In this document: one piece after another, positions 1 to 12,580 of the stretch
Layout: each line of letters opens with the position of its first letter
Position numbering within the stretch: the stretch's first letter is position 1
Position numbers and translations under genes: made by a program
The notes under the pieces: generated by a model
The model's database searches: none
The model's input: the letters and a program-made list of their open reading frames with translations, nothing else
What the model was told of the DNA's origin: nothing
NCBI RefSeq assembly: GCF_964204645.1
Contig: NC_134033.1
Span: forward strand, 4,798,231 to 4,862,230
Source of the DNA: Tubulanus polymorphus
Lineage: Eukaryota > Animalia > Nemertea
DNA length: 64,000 nucleotides
Reading direction: 5' to 3'

Positions 1-639
1 GGTTGTCGATCAGGTGACTCGTCTCGTCGGCCTCCGAGTTGAACTGGTGATCGTGTTTAAGACGCGTCAGCAGTGAATGATTTAAAGAAGTTAAAGAGAA
101 AGGCCGATATCTGCATGTCATGTAGAATTTTTGATTTAAAAAGATTTTAAGATTTGAAAGAAGCCAATGATAAATGAAATAAGAGTTGAACGTTGGAAAA
201 TACCGTGAAGTAAAGCAAACGTTTTCAAACTAGTTTTTTGACCCAAACCCGGGAGTTTCATTTTTGACAACGAAACAACTGTTACAATAATGTTTAACGT
301 ACATTGATATAGTATAAGGGGTTCTGTGTGATTCGATGTGCACTACGTCATCGAAGTAAGCGTTTGAGCATGTTCATTTGTAGTTAGATATTAAGATGCC
401 GGCTTAATCTGGAGCCCTACACTATGATTATATAAACTAGAATCAGGGTTGTCAAGAAGCCTTATGTTAACCTCACAATCAGTAAAACGTAAAACACAGT
501 CACTTTATAGGTTACTCACACATGGACTCGTTTACCCGATGAAGCTACTATACTAGTAGCAAAACTCGTATCTAAATAAGACAAAAATACACTACGCTGT
601 CTTTATACATTTCACTGAATAAACAAAAATGTTGTATGA

Positions 640-1575
640 AACTTGAAATCAGTGGTTATCTGACTGAATCTCGACAGCGGATTTTCATACAGAAATATTC
701 GCAAATTTCTCGTCGTAGTAAAAGATATATGTAGATATTAACCATAAAATTACACATTTGACACTTTGCATTTTTTGAATAAGTCATACTGAAATTATCT
801 GTGTTTCTGAGAGACTTGTAAAAATGTAGTAATAGTGGAAGGAAGTGTAAATATTGCGAATGCGAGTGAAACTGTTACAAGCATTATTGTCGTGCGTTTT
901 GATTTTGTAGATTTCTGATCGGACGAAACCAATTTTCGAACCTCTAAATAACTGATATATTTTAACAGAATTTGATGTTAGTATTAGAATTAAATGTAAA
1001 TATGAATGACAATTATGAGGAAAAAATTTATTTTGGTCAAATAATTCGCGGTAACATCCGAAAAACTGGTCGGTGAAATGTATCGACAAAGTAGGAAGAG
1101 GATATAGAACCAGTGAATTCACTGCAGTAATTATCCACATAGTAAATCTAGCGAATATCGGTGTACATACCAAACGAGATGTGAACGGGAAGAGCACAAC
1201 TGCCGCGCGTTCTAGAGATATCGCTATTATAAGCCACGAACTATTTCTTGCTGCGAGTATCATTACAAATTCATAAATTTGACAACTGATCAGTGAATCC
1301 ATGATGAATTATGTTAATCTTTAACGCGCAAGAGAACAAACTGTAAAACGGGCATCAGTGTAAAACTGATACAGTACATACAATCACTGATTGACAATAC
1401 GATCAGATAGTTAGCTTAAGATAAACGGTGGAATCTGCGACTTATCATTATCATTAGGAAAGTAGCTGAATTTCAAAATGCTCCAAACAAGTGATGCTCC
1501 AAACAAGAACAGTGCACTAGGCAGAATGACCTATGATACAGTACGGTAGACTCCGGACCTGTTCGCTACAGACAT
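640..1575 (-). pseudogene. Degenerate rhodopsin-class (FMRFamide-receptor-like) GPCR
   Basis: ORF 784-1302 has TM3 RNSSWLIIAISLERAAVVLFPF and a TM4. A TM7-like NIYIYLLLRREICE lies near 700-750 in another frame. There are multiple stops and frameshifts, and the boundaries are approximate. Confidence 0.75.
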
Positions 1576-2078
1576 GATGGTAATGATGTAACTGATATAA
1601 GTTCGAGCAATTTGCATTAGAGTAGATTTCATTATTCATGTGGCTCGAAATTAGAATCGAATGGAAGTGTACTAACTATCCTGTAAGATTTATTCTTAAC
1701 AGCGAATAGAAAATCTATTCTCCGAAATCTAGCACAATCTACTGGTATGTTGTGAAACTTACTGCGTGAAATAAAAATTCAACTTAGTCAAATAAAAATA
1801 TACAACGTGCGAGAATTCATCGTAAAATCATTACATGTCAATAGCATCAGTTTATGTTTCAACTAGTTCAACCAGCCACGCAATACAGTAACTAGGAGTT
1901 CTCAAGGGCTCAACTGCTCTAATTCTGCGTTCCTTAAATGCAATTTTTCTATCTTTTGTTCATAAGACAAAGACGTGGAATCAGAACTCGGGATTTGAAC
2001 TTGGGCACCTCTTACCCGCTGCCAAGTTCTGGTGACTGAAACGGTATGTAATCAGTCAAGTGTGATCACTAGTGATTA

Positions 2079-3215
2079 GTGGTGATTTCAGGTGTGGTGA
2101 CTGGTGATTTCAGGTGTGGTGACTGGCGATTTCAGGTGTGGTGACTGGTGACTTCGGGTGTGGTGACTGGTGATTTCGGGTGTGGTGACTGGTGATTTCA
2201 GGTGTGGTGACTGGCGATTTCAGGAGTGGTGACTGGTGATTTCAGGTGTGGTGACTGGTGATTTCAGGAGTGGTGACTGGTGATTTCAGGTGTGGTGACT
2301 GGTGATTTCAGGTGTGGTGAATGGTGATTTCAGGTGTGATGACTGGTGATTTCAGGTGTGGTGACTGGTGATTTCAGGTGTGGTGACTGGTGATTTCAGG
2401 TGTGATGACTGGTGATTTCAGGTGTGGTGACTGGTGACTTCGGGTGTGGTGACTGGTGATTTCGGGTGTGGTGACCGGTGATTTTAGGTGTGGTGACTGG
2501 TGATTTCGGGTGTGGTGACTGGTGATTTCAGGTGTGATGACTGGTGATGTCAGGTGTTGTGACTGGTGATTTCAGGTGTGGTGAATGGTGATATCAGATG
2601 TGGTGACTGGTGATTTCAGGTGTGGTGACTGGTGATTTCAGGTGTGATGACTGGTGACTTCGGGTGTGGTGACTGGTGATTTCGGGTGTGGTGACCGGTG
2701 ATTTCAGGTGTGCTGACTGGTGATTTCAGGTGTGGTGACTGGTGATTTCAGGTGTGGTGAATGGTGATATCAGATGTGGTGACTGGTGATTTCAGGTGTG
2801 GTGACTGGTGATTTCAGGTGTGGTGACTGGTGATTTCAGGTGTGGTGAATGGTGATATCAGATGTGGTGACTGGTGATTTCAGGTGTGGTGACTGGTGAT
2901 GTCAGGTGTTGTGACTGGTGATTTCAGGTGTGGTGACTGGTGATTTCAGGTGTGGTGACTGGTGATTTCAGGTGTGGTGAATGGTGATATCAGATGTGGT
3001 GACTGGTGATTTCAGGTGTGGTGAATGGTGATATCAGATGTGGTGACTGGTGATTTCAGGTGTGGTGACTGGTGATTTCAGGTGTGATGACTGGTGACTT
3101 CGGGTGTGGTGACTGGTGATTTCGGGTGTGGTGACTGGTGATTTCAGGTGTGGTGACTGGTGATTTCAGGTGTGGTGACTGGTGATTTCAGGTGTGGTGA
3201 CTGGTGATTTCAGGT
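2079..3215. repeat. 22-bp minisatellite (CTGGTGATTTCAGGTGTGGTGA)n, about 52 copies
   Basis: Directly visible tandem array with recurring variant units (ACTTCGG, GAATGGTGATATCAGAT). Confidence 0.97.
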
Positions 3216-3307
3216 TCCGTGTTGCGACAGGTAGATAGTTCTAAGATAGTTCTAAGAAATTTCTTCGAATTCAGTGATATTTCGAGTTACAGACAATGAA
3301 GATTTGA

Positions 3308-4283
3308 TTAAGGAGTTAAACGATGCTTCAGGAATCCTCCGACTCCGTTTGTGCTCGGGCGAATCTAAATAGTTATCAATCCGAAGCCTGTAGATCCTGC
3401 CGCTATCAGACCATCTACTGACATCACAAGTATTCGGCACTTCACCTGAGACATTTTGATTGAAGATTAACTACACTGTACGTGCGTTATTTTAAACAAA
3501 CTTTCAAAAACTGATCCTTCACATTGGTCCTTGGAACGATCTAACTAGTGGCAGAGTGTAAACGCACCCGGTGAATACTGTGAAGGTGGTTCTCCCAGAC
3601 TGCAGATTGAACTGAATTAGAATTAAACGATTGAATTTGATCAAATGTCTTATTATCACGTGAAAGACTCAATCGGGTCATATTCGATACTGGGATGTCG
3701 AATACGTACCATAATGGCTATTTTGATCAGAGAGCGGCTTTAGCGTAATCCAGAATTCAGCGATCATTAGTCCGATCTCTGGACAGTTTCAACCTACGTA
3801 CATATGGATACTCAGAAAAATCATTCAACACTAGATTATAACAGACCGGATCACCAGAAGTCCCTCTCCAGGGATTAACTAATGAAAGGCCCGTAGCGTA
3901 CGAAGGTTTCCGATCCGCGCAAAAAAATGGGGCTACACCGAGAGTTAAAACTTACAACTATATCAACATGATACATATCGTTATGAAACCACTGCTGCTA
4001 CACTAACAGTTGAAGATATCAATGATATACATCATTTCACGTTTATATATTTCGTCTTTAAAACGCTTGAATTCATCCATTGTATAAAACTAAACTTGAG
4101 TTGTCTACACGTGTTACAGTTGTTCGATGACTTTTACGCGCGTTGCGATGAAGAAAATACTCGGTACCACCGAATCAATAACGAGTAGCGAATAGCGAAT
4201 AACGTTTAGCGATTGACGAACAGCGTGGCGGTCCAGGAATTCCGTACGGTTGAGGTCTACAAAGAGAGAGAAATCGTGAAAAT
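3308..4283 (+). repeat. ~1-kb dispersed repeat, copy 1 (copy 2 at 61206-62252)
   Basis: Colinear high similarity from TTAAGGAGT..CGATGCTTCAGGAATCC to GAGAGA.ATCGTGAAAATAT. Confidence 0.9.
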
Positions 4284-4432
4284 ATTTAGAATTAAATTGA
4301 AATTAAAAACAAATAATTAACCTTTACTAATTTACATTGTACTTTTTAATATGTGCGATGAACCAATATGGATCTTTATATATAGATACCTAAGGTTCCA
4401 AAGTGTAGTTTGACTGTAGACCTACTGTAAAT

Positions 4433-4636
4433 TACGGAAGCCCCTAGGTGAGATACGAGATATTTTTTCACAATTTCGACTTAATCATGTCGAAATTCGA
4501 GTTGTTTTTATGTCGAATTCCGAGATAATAAGTCTACATGAAAATAACACAAAATTCGTCATAGTTAGTCGAACTTCGACTTGATAAGTCGAAATTGTGA
4601 AAAAATTATCTTGTATGTCACCTAGGGGCTTCCGTA
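4433..4636. mobile_element. Foldback MITE with 6-bp TSD GTAAAT
   Basis: TIR TACGGAAGCCCCTAGGTGA...TCACCTAGGGGCTTCCGTA with longer imperfect inverted arms. GTAAAT occurs at 4427-4432 and 4637-4642. Confidence 0.85.
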
Positions 4637-5880
4637 GTAAATAGCCCGGGTATTTACTCAGAATACGTAGGTATGATAAATAGCCCTTGTATATATGTTA
4701 TCTGGGCCCAGTTTCACAGTTGTGAGTTAGAGTTAAAATCAGTTCTTTTCAATGTTTTAACTGTAGAGTGAAATTGAACTCAGAACTGTAGAACTAGACG
4801 CTGAATACTGAGGTAGATTGAAAAGTGTTAATGTCAGCTCTGTGTTAGCTTATAGCTTCTTTCTTATCGTGTTCAACTTGAAAATAAAATTGTTAATTGA
4901 TACCCTGATTTATAAGATAGAAGTCACGACGACGGCTTGGGATTCGAGAGAAATATTACTCGCACTAAAATAAATCTCATGATTTATTGCGAAAAGCTAA
5001 TCCTTCATTTAGAAGAATTCGCATTAGAATAAAACCGCTGAAATGGAGAGTGGTTTCGACTCGGTGAAATGGTATATCGTTTGCGTTTTAATCCCGAGTT
5101 GACTTTCACTCTAAGTGCCTCGGAATCGAAATCTTTAAATACCGAAATAGATGCCGCAAATCGACGCTAGAAATCGTAACGGTATCTGGTTGTATTTCTA
5201 TACATATTTTATCGCTGTGTTGAACTCATATTGATTGAACCCAGGGAAAAGTTGCTTAGCAGAGATCTTACGCATACGGTTCAAGAGGTTGCATTGCTAT
5301 GCGGCAACGTCACAGCACGTGACGACACGACCAATGCATTTCCGGTCGAATGACCAAAACTTACCCAATAGGTGATTGTTGCACCAAAATGATACATACG
5401 ATACTCAGCAACCTTCTAAATGGCCTTCCAAACGGGTATGTTTCGGCCGAAACTTACTTGCTTTTCATCCGACAAAATGGATATATTATTCTCTGGAGAA
5501 ATGTTTTCTCTGGAGCCATGTGTTCGACCTTTAGGAAAGAAAAAACGCCGAACTTCTTCCCGAATCGTCGACCAGTTTTCACGTCGGTAATTGGAAATAA
5601 CAGCATCTTGACCCCCCCCCCTAACATATCGAGTCACGTAGTCCTTTAGTATTGAATCCTTCAAAATACTCACTATACATATGACTGAAGGCATTATATA
5701 TTTTTCATGAATTGTCGCCGCCTTTGTTATATTTCTATGTAAATTGATATTTTGTGCAAATGTTGAAATCCAAATCTGACCTAACACGAACAAAACTATA
5801 CCTTGAATAGTAATGGAAAGTTGGATAGAAAACCATTTACATTCTTCTAGCAGGAAATAGGTATATAATCATATTAGGCA

Positions 5881-7044
5881 TTGCAGATGTATAGTCGCCA
5901 CATTAAGACTAAATTCAATTTGTCAAATGAATTTGATTCGATCTTCCTGGGACACATTGCGATGGATTCATTTTATGTTGAAACGCTGAATCGAAATGCA
6001 GTATTTGATGCCAAACCAGAAGAGACCAGAATGGCGAACAACAGATCGGTGACGGTATGGTTGTGTCCTGAACCGAAGTTTATACCGATAGAATACGTTC
6101 GTTACCATGTGAAGGTTTACGGTATGGGTCCACTATGCGTTATCGGTATCATTCTGAACGTGATAACGGTTGTTGTATTAGGTCGTCTGCGTAAAGCGCG
6201 CCGTTCCGTTAATGCGTTATGGATCCTGGCTATCATCGAGACCGCGTTCTTAATAAACAAGCTGCCCAGGGCATCACTAAGATTTTTAGCGTTTCGCCTC
6301 AGATACGAAAGACATGTTTTCGGTATACCTGGTAAACTGATTTTTCCACGCATGGAGCGTGCATTAAGGATACCGAACGGTACGCTGCACGCCACTCGTA
6401 ACTGGGTAACCGTTTTAATTCAAATCGAACGCCTGTTTATCATAGCGTTTCCGTTAAAAGCCAGAATCGTTATCACACCGCGCCGTTTAATTATATGTAG
6501 CGCATTGATAAGTTTTGTATTTTTACTGCTGACTATTTTTGCCTGGTTAGTCAACATACCGATACATATCACCACAGGGTGCATCAGTCTGAACTACATG
6601 ATACCGCATGAAAATAAATTTCCATTGATCGTTAAACGTTATTCCTTCACTCTAGTACCGATTCTCGTGACTTTGCTATCGGATTTAATCATGTTAATTT
6701 TTCTCGCCGTTAATACGAGGCGCCGGCGGTCACTACTGAACCAACCGTCGGCAGTGCCGCCTGGTGGCGATGCGAAATCCAACTTCCAAACGAAAGCGAC
6801 TCTTATTGTCATTTATGTTTGTTCGGAGTATGTGATATTAGAATTTCCCCAAATATTCATTGAGACAGCCAGACACGTCGTCGGTGCAAATATCTGGCCG
6901 ACGTTCTTTATTGTAGGAAGTTTTACTACTACGTTAAATTCCTGTATAAACTTCGTAATATACGTCATATTTGATAGAAACTTCAGAAAAACGCTTTCCA
7001 CAATGGCTTCGGCTTGTTTAACGGAAAAGGCCTTAACGCCATGA
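5881..7044 (+). CDS. Intact single-exon rhodopsin-class GPCR (FMRFamide/peptide-receptor-like, possible chemoreceptor); true start probably ATG 5962 or 6031
   Basis: Seven hydrophobic segments: TM1 GIILNVIT, TM3 RNWVTVLIQIERLFIIAFP, TM6 ILEFP, TM7 LNSCINFVIY followed by NFRK. Confidence 0.9.
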   Translation: MQMYSRHIKTKFNLSNEFDSIFLGHIAMDSFYVETLNRNAVFDAKPEETRMANNRSVTVWLCPEPKFIPIEYVRYHVKVYGMGPLCVIGIILNVITVVVLGRLRKARRSVNALWILAIIETAFLINKLPRASLRFLAFRLRYERHVFGIPGKLIFPRMERALRIPNGTLHATRNWVTVLIQIERLFIIAFPLKARIVITPRRLIICSALISFVFLLLTIFAWLVNIPIHITTGCISLNYMIPHENKFPLIVKRYSFTLVPILVTLLSDLIMLIFLAVNTRRRRSLLNQPSAVPPGGDAKSNFQTKATLIVIYVCSEYVILEFPQIFIETARHVVGANIWPTFFIVGSFTTTLNSCINFVIYVIFDRNFRKTLSTMASACLTEKALTP

Positions 7045-7685
7045 AATTAACCTAAAAATGAAAAAACCTTAATTTGCCGTAAAAAATTTATTGAATCAAT
7101 TCAAATAAACGATCGCTACCGTTTACCGTGCAATGAACGTTCGATAACTTAAAATGTTTGTAGTGTCGAAGCCTTTTTCCAATCGGAGGTCCACTGTCGT
7201 CATTTTGTGGACCATCCGTCACAAATTTTCCCTAATAAATTCACCTAACGGTAATTTAAACAAATATGATTTTTTCCCAATTCCGAGGCCCACGACTGAA
7301 TATACTGACGTACATGTTTTCTGCAATATTCACTGAGGCGCCATCTACGTATTCCCCTAGTCCCCGTGGCTAAGCACAGTGGTCAATAGCTCGAGATTGA
7401 AGTTAGATTGGGAAATCTGTCCATATAAAAGATTGAAAATGTACTCTACAACACTCTCTATAACTCTCTACACAGACAGGTGACATGATCTCCAGCTCCA
7501 ACAATGACGTCATTTGTAATTGACAGATCGCCAACTTTGGCGAGATGCTCGTCAAATTAAAATGCAATTGTTTATTATATAAAGTAATTGTACAAATGTT
7601 AGTTGAAAATTTTTTCTTGGTTTGCTGAATATCTGGCAAAGATTGATGGGTTAATGGGTTATTTGTTTTACTGCTTATTTGAATA

Positions 7686-7860
7686 TCTGCAGCGGATTTT
7701 CATACAGAAAAATTCACGAATTTATCGACCCAGTAAAAGATATATGTAGAATTTTACCACAAAGTTACAAACATGGAACTGAGTGCAAATGTCAAATAGA
7801 AGATATCTATGTTCCGGTGAGATTGTGTTACCACGACAACAAGAGGAGATGCAATTCACT
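7686..7860 (-). pseudogene. C-terminal (TM7) fragment of a GPCR paralogous to the 640-1575 pseudogene
   Basis: Nucleotide similarity to 675-765 (CAGCGGATTTTCATACAGAAA...GTAAAAGATATATGTAGA); peptide CNFVVKFYIYLLLGR. Confidence 0.6.
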
Positions 7861-8496
7861 TTACTAACCTTGCAATTCAACTCTAGATTTGTATCGGTTA
7901 AACAGCAACACAATTTCAATACTGGTACGTGCTCTTTTAATGGATCTCATATCAAACCACGTTCGTGATAAATCATATATAATTCTATTTCGGTTGGAAT
8001 ACATTTTGATGACGTAAATTTCCGGTTTTACAAATTAAAACGGGAAAATACTAAAAGGTTCGATGAAATTTCCGATTGAAAAAACTTAGGTTTGATAGAA
8101 AATCTAATTACACAAAATTAGGTTTGAACATATTTCTATATTTCAAAAAATCATATAAAGTTGCTTTAAAACGTACTTCTGCGCGGGTAATGTTTAAGAC
8201 AGTTTTATACAAAATATCGCGGCTACAATTCTACGATATAAATTACTCGACATATCGAGTTCCTGTAAAATCATTTTGAAGCTATTGTTCGACGAAAGTT
8301 TTCACCATACGATTGATATCGTCTAGATAATTTCTAGGTATTAATATCACGTATACGTGAGTCATATCGAATAATCCGTATGATATAAATCTCACAATTT
8401 TTTTCCGTCATCATTATCACCACGCGTTTATAAAGTTCGAGGGCACCGTTTTTATGAGTTAGTCGCGTCTGAGAAGGGCATTTAAAAGAATGTTAG

Positions 8497-8828
8497 TCAG
8501 TACACATCTTGTATCGCTCGTTCATTTCTAGCCCCCGTCAAGATGATCGTTCCACCGTTATGCACGATGCATTTTATTCGATTATCCGCTGTATACACGA
8601 GTCCCGGAAATATTTTCGGTTCGTAACTCGGACTGCTACCAAAGAAATTGTCTAAAGTTTCCAAAGAAATCCGTTTTCCAGTCTTTTTCACGGCCGAAAT
8701 TTGAACGCCGTGCTTTGAAATCGGAAATTTTTACTTTACATCCCAATTTTTGCACTTTTCGACCGAATTGTCTCGCCGCATGTTTGTTCTGAAATATACT
8801 TTTCGAACCCGTGATCACCATTTTTCTG
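8497..8828 (-). pseudogene. Divergent intronless TATA-binding-protein (TBP) family fragment, frameshifted
   Basis: KMVITGSKS...AARQFGRKVQKLGCKVKISDFK matches the end of TBP repeat 1. SYEPKIFPGLVY...GTIILTGARNERAIQDVY matches repeat 2. Confidence 0.8.
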
Positions 8829-8834
8829 ACGATC

Positions 8835-9100
8835 GACGTCAATGGCTGGCACTATTCATTCGCGATTTTTGCCTTGTTTAACGCGGCCATATTGGCTACG
8901 ATAATGATGACGTACGTTCAGATGTATAGACTCGTATCTGGAAGTAGGTCGGGCTCGGGTAGAGCCGATCCTACCGAACTGGTTTTAGCTCGAAGGAGTT
9001 TAGTAATCAATCTTTGTAATCTATTTTGCTGGCTACCGATAATAATCGTTCAGTTTTGCGCCGTATTTTCGGTCGAGATACCGAACCAGGTGGCCGCTTG
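8835..9100 (+). pseudogene. TM5-TM6 fragment of an LGR/relaxin-receptor/GRL101-like GPCR
   Basis: GWHYSFAIFALFN...YVQMY...ELVLARR...NLFCWLPIII...VEIPNQV. Confidence 0.7.
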
Positions 9101-9129
9101 TTATAGAATATAAATTAGAATATTTCGCC

Positions 9130-9357
9130 ATGAATTTTATCTACGCTTACATTCTACCGTTATCTTTCATCATTCTATTGAATTCTGTTATAATAGTTCA
9201 GTTATTCAAGAAATCAAAAATTATTTCAATGAAAAGAAAACTACAAAATCACAGCGTACAAAAAAAGCTGTTTAACTCGCGTTTGCAGTATTTACGCTAC
9301 CATCCACGTCACTGTATTCCTACCAATCTCGACAGAACTAAAAGACGAACGGTGTAA
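9130..9357 (+). pseudogene. TM5 fragment of an FMRFamide-receptor-like GPCR
   Basis: IYAYILPLSFIILLNSVIIVQLFK; the nucleotide sequence resembles the minus strand of 930-1000. Confidence 0.55.
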
Positions 9358-10347
9358 CGAACATAATTAAGTAATTTCTAGAATCAGCCATAGTAAGAAC
9401 AGGATTAATAGTATATTAAATTAAATATTTTCACTAGCGGTTGAACCGGCACTTAGACTTTTTGTCCAGGCGCAACCTCGATTGAAAATATCCGAAATTT
9501 CTTTGTCATCTTTCTCGCATTTTAGTTTTTCGTACTTTCGTTTTCAAAGTGTAGTTAATTTGATAATCATTAACTACAGAAGGTAATAACGATCAGTTAC
9601 CGGTATTAAGGATACGGATTGATTGGACAGTTCATTTTAGGAAAATACCATGTGTGGTATATTTGTGGTTTGCTAAGTAATTAGTTATACGTCCTCGCTG
9701 TTACTGTTGATGGCCTGTCGTCTGCTCAAGTTGTTCGCTCATTGTTCGTCGCCCTTGATTCCCATGCCGTGGGAATTATAAAGGCTTTACATAGTCTTAA
9801 GACGGACACATGGAAATAGAATTTGCAACACCGAAATACATTTATAGTTAGTAGTTTGTACTGAGGACGTGTAGTACGATGTTATACCGTTGTAAAAACC
9901 TCTTTTTCGGATAAACTTGTTACAACCAACCGGGAACCGAATGGCATCACGAATTGGAGGTTAGTGAATTTTGGCTGAGTTTTCTCTGATGACAATTTTA
10001 GATTTTTGGCAGTTGCTGTACGTAGTGTATCAACAGTAAATGATGAAAGAAATTTGATGTTCCGAAGTAATATCGAAATCCATTTTAATGAATGTATATA
10101 TTACCTACTGTTACTATCTGGCGGTTTTATTTTTCTTGTACAAATAGGACAAATTAGTGAAGCGTCATAAACCGCCATAAACATATTAATAATTCACTCC
10201 TGATCTATATAGTAATTGTCACGACACGATATTTAACGCATCACCGGTTTTAATTTCGTTTTCGCACAATGATTTCAACTGTAAATTTAATGATGAAATC
10301 GGAAGTGTTACAGTTATGAAACGTGTACCGGGTTTCGTCCGTGTTTC

Positions 10348-10580
10348 TCACGGGTTGTACTGACATAAAAAGTCGTTGTGATTGTTGCAAGGAATATCAT
10401 TATATCTATCTGTATCGATGTACCACTGAATACAGCGTTCGTGCCGATAGTTCGGTTCCCCGTTGTCCCAGGGTAGGATTGCGATAGTGGTATTATCTGA
10501 TCTCCAAACCCACGGGCCGCGCATTGACCCGGAATTCGTCTGCAAATCATATCCACCTAACATAGGTTTATAAACGACTT
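10348..10580 (-). CDS. Terminal exon of a C-type lectin domain protein
   Basis: WVW...WDNGEPN...ERC...YNDIPC...FLCQ (EPN and WND-like motifs). A pyrimidine-rich TTTCAG acceptor lies at about 10581-10600. Upstream exons were not identified. Confidence 0.75.
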
Positions 10581-12580
10581 CTGAAAAAGAAATATTAATT
10601 TTAGAAATAATTGTGCACTCCATTTTAATCATTTTAAGGGTGGCGCCTTTTGAGCCGGTAACTCAAAAGGATAACTGATATATGGTGTGAAAACTGAAGA
10701 TACGGTATGGCAGTAACTAACCAGAGCAAATGACCTAAGAGCTTCAGATAATAGGTGATGATTTAGACTGCGCGATGTTTCGCAATCCCACATCTAAATC
10801 GACTACCTTGCATTATTACCGAAAAGTTCATTCAAACTCGTTTAATGATAGGAATTTGGCTACAAAAAATGTTTATACTTTGTTTCTTATTTCAGTAGAG
10901 TTGACCCGGCCGGCCAGCCAATCTCCCGTGCATCATTTTTTAAATCATGATCAAACTAACACTAACAGACCCGACAGTTATAGAAATGAACTCATTACAA
11001 ATTTTATAGCAGTTTACAAAACAAAACTTACCCGATCGATTGGGAGAAACAAGGAATGAATTTATTAGGGTTTTCTGTTGCTTCACAGAAAACCCTATTG
11101 AAATTCGCGTGATTATTATTATTTTTTTCCCTTTTCCACACAGTTTTTTTAAAAGTGTAAAGGCTTCCTTACCTTACCGCTGTCGCCGATACCATCAGTA
11201 TGATATCCTTCAGCTCCCTTCAATCTCCAGATACTGCATGGGAATTTTGATAAATCCACGTTATAGGCACTGTCGAGCCGTAAACATCGGAAATTTGGCT
11301 CCGTTCAATTAGTAGCCATGTTGTGTTTTCTTTCCGAAATTTCTCTCTTCTTTATGAGGAAGAGCTATCGAATTATTCCCTCTCTTCTCCACAATCAATT
11401 TCAAAGTCAATTTTATGAATTTATTGCTCAGCGGGTCCGAGTCCAAGAGTTTACGAGTCCGGCGTTCGCGTGTCTGACAGGTTTACGGGCATTTGTTTGT
11501 TACCTCTTTAATATTTTTAATTTCTTGTTATTCCGGTTATTTCATTTAAGTATATTGCTGATCAGTTCATGTAACCAAAAGCGTCAATAAACAGATTTTG
11601 AATTGATCAAGTTTATATCAAGGTCGTTGAGTCGCGGCGGGCTGCTAGAATTACGTTCGTCTCAGAGAGAAAACAAACGACAGAAAAGTATCAGGTGATT
11701 ATCGATAGCCCACTACGGTACACACAGTTGACAAACAGTGTTAGGCCTGTGCCGGTTGGTGCGTACTGAGAATAAATATACTGGTTGGTCAGTTGGTTCG
11801 GTTGTGAAGTGTGGAAGCTAAGAAAGCCTATCCGCAGTAGGCCATCCGGTTGAAAATATCGTAAACAGCTTGGAACCATCAGAAGTAGTAAACACAAGGA
11901 TTCAGATGGTTTTCCGGGCTGCCGAATATGTGAGAAGTTGCGATTTATTTGCTTGCATATGTACATAAATTTTTTACTGTACTTTTGATAATATATACAC
12001 GTATTTGTTGTTAAGAAAAAAATATTTAAATCATTTAAGTTATTACTGTTATTGGCTACGATTATGTATGCATCTCACTATTCTACAGTCATAAGATGTT
12101 TTATAATATTTATTAGCCTACCGGTACCAGTAGGCCTATTTAGTTGTGCTGTTGTTAAGTGTTTTGACTTTAATAGACCTACATACATTCTTAGTTTTCC
12201 ATTTTATTACCTTCTTATCTAACGGTCCTCCTTTCAGGTGTGACGAATTTTAGGATCAATTTCCCAAGCCAAACATTCTTCGTGTTTGCATGATTAAACA
12301 GTCATCTCCCGTCACTTACAGTCTAGGCCAACTACCGTTTGATTTCCAACGTGACAACCATGTAGTTTGTATGACAGTTAAGATACAGTTTTGGTATCTA
12401 AAGCTTAGGTGTGAAAGATAACGGTACATCATATATCTAATCCATCAAAATCCACGTGGAAACACCGTAATCTGGCAATCTTCCAAATCATTTCCGGGTT
12501 TGACTTCTGGGCACATCTATCCATCGCATTGGGGACGCTGGGTAGCGTAAAGCCGAGGGAATATCGAAAATGAAACGCGG

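Noticed and set aside
2079-3215. CRISPR or coding repeat in the 22-bp array (also the 40-bp array at 29338-29582 and ORF 29279-29593)
   Set aside because: These are head-to-tail units with no spacers, and the unit lengths are not multiples of 3.
11570-12356. 5' LTR of the BEL/Pao element (TGTAAC...GTGACA)
   Set aside because: There is no second LTR, TSD or convincing primer-binding site in the window.
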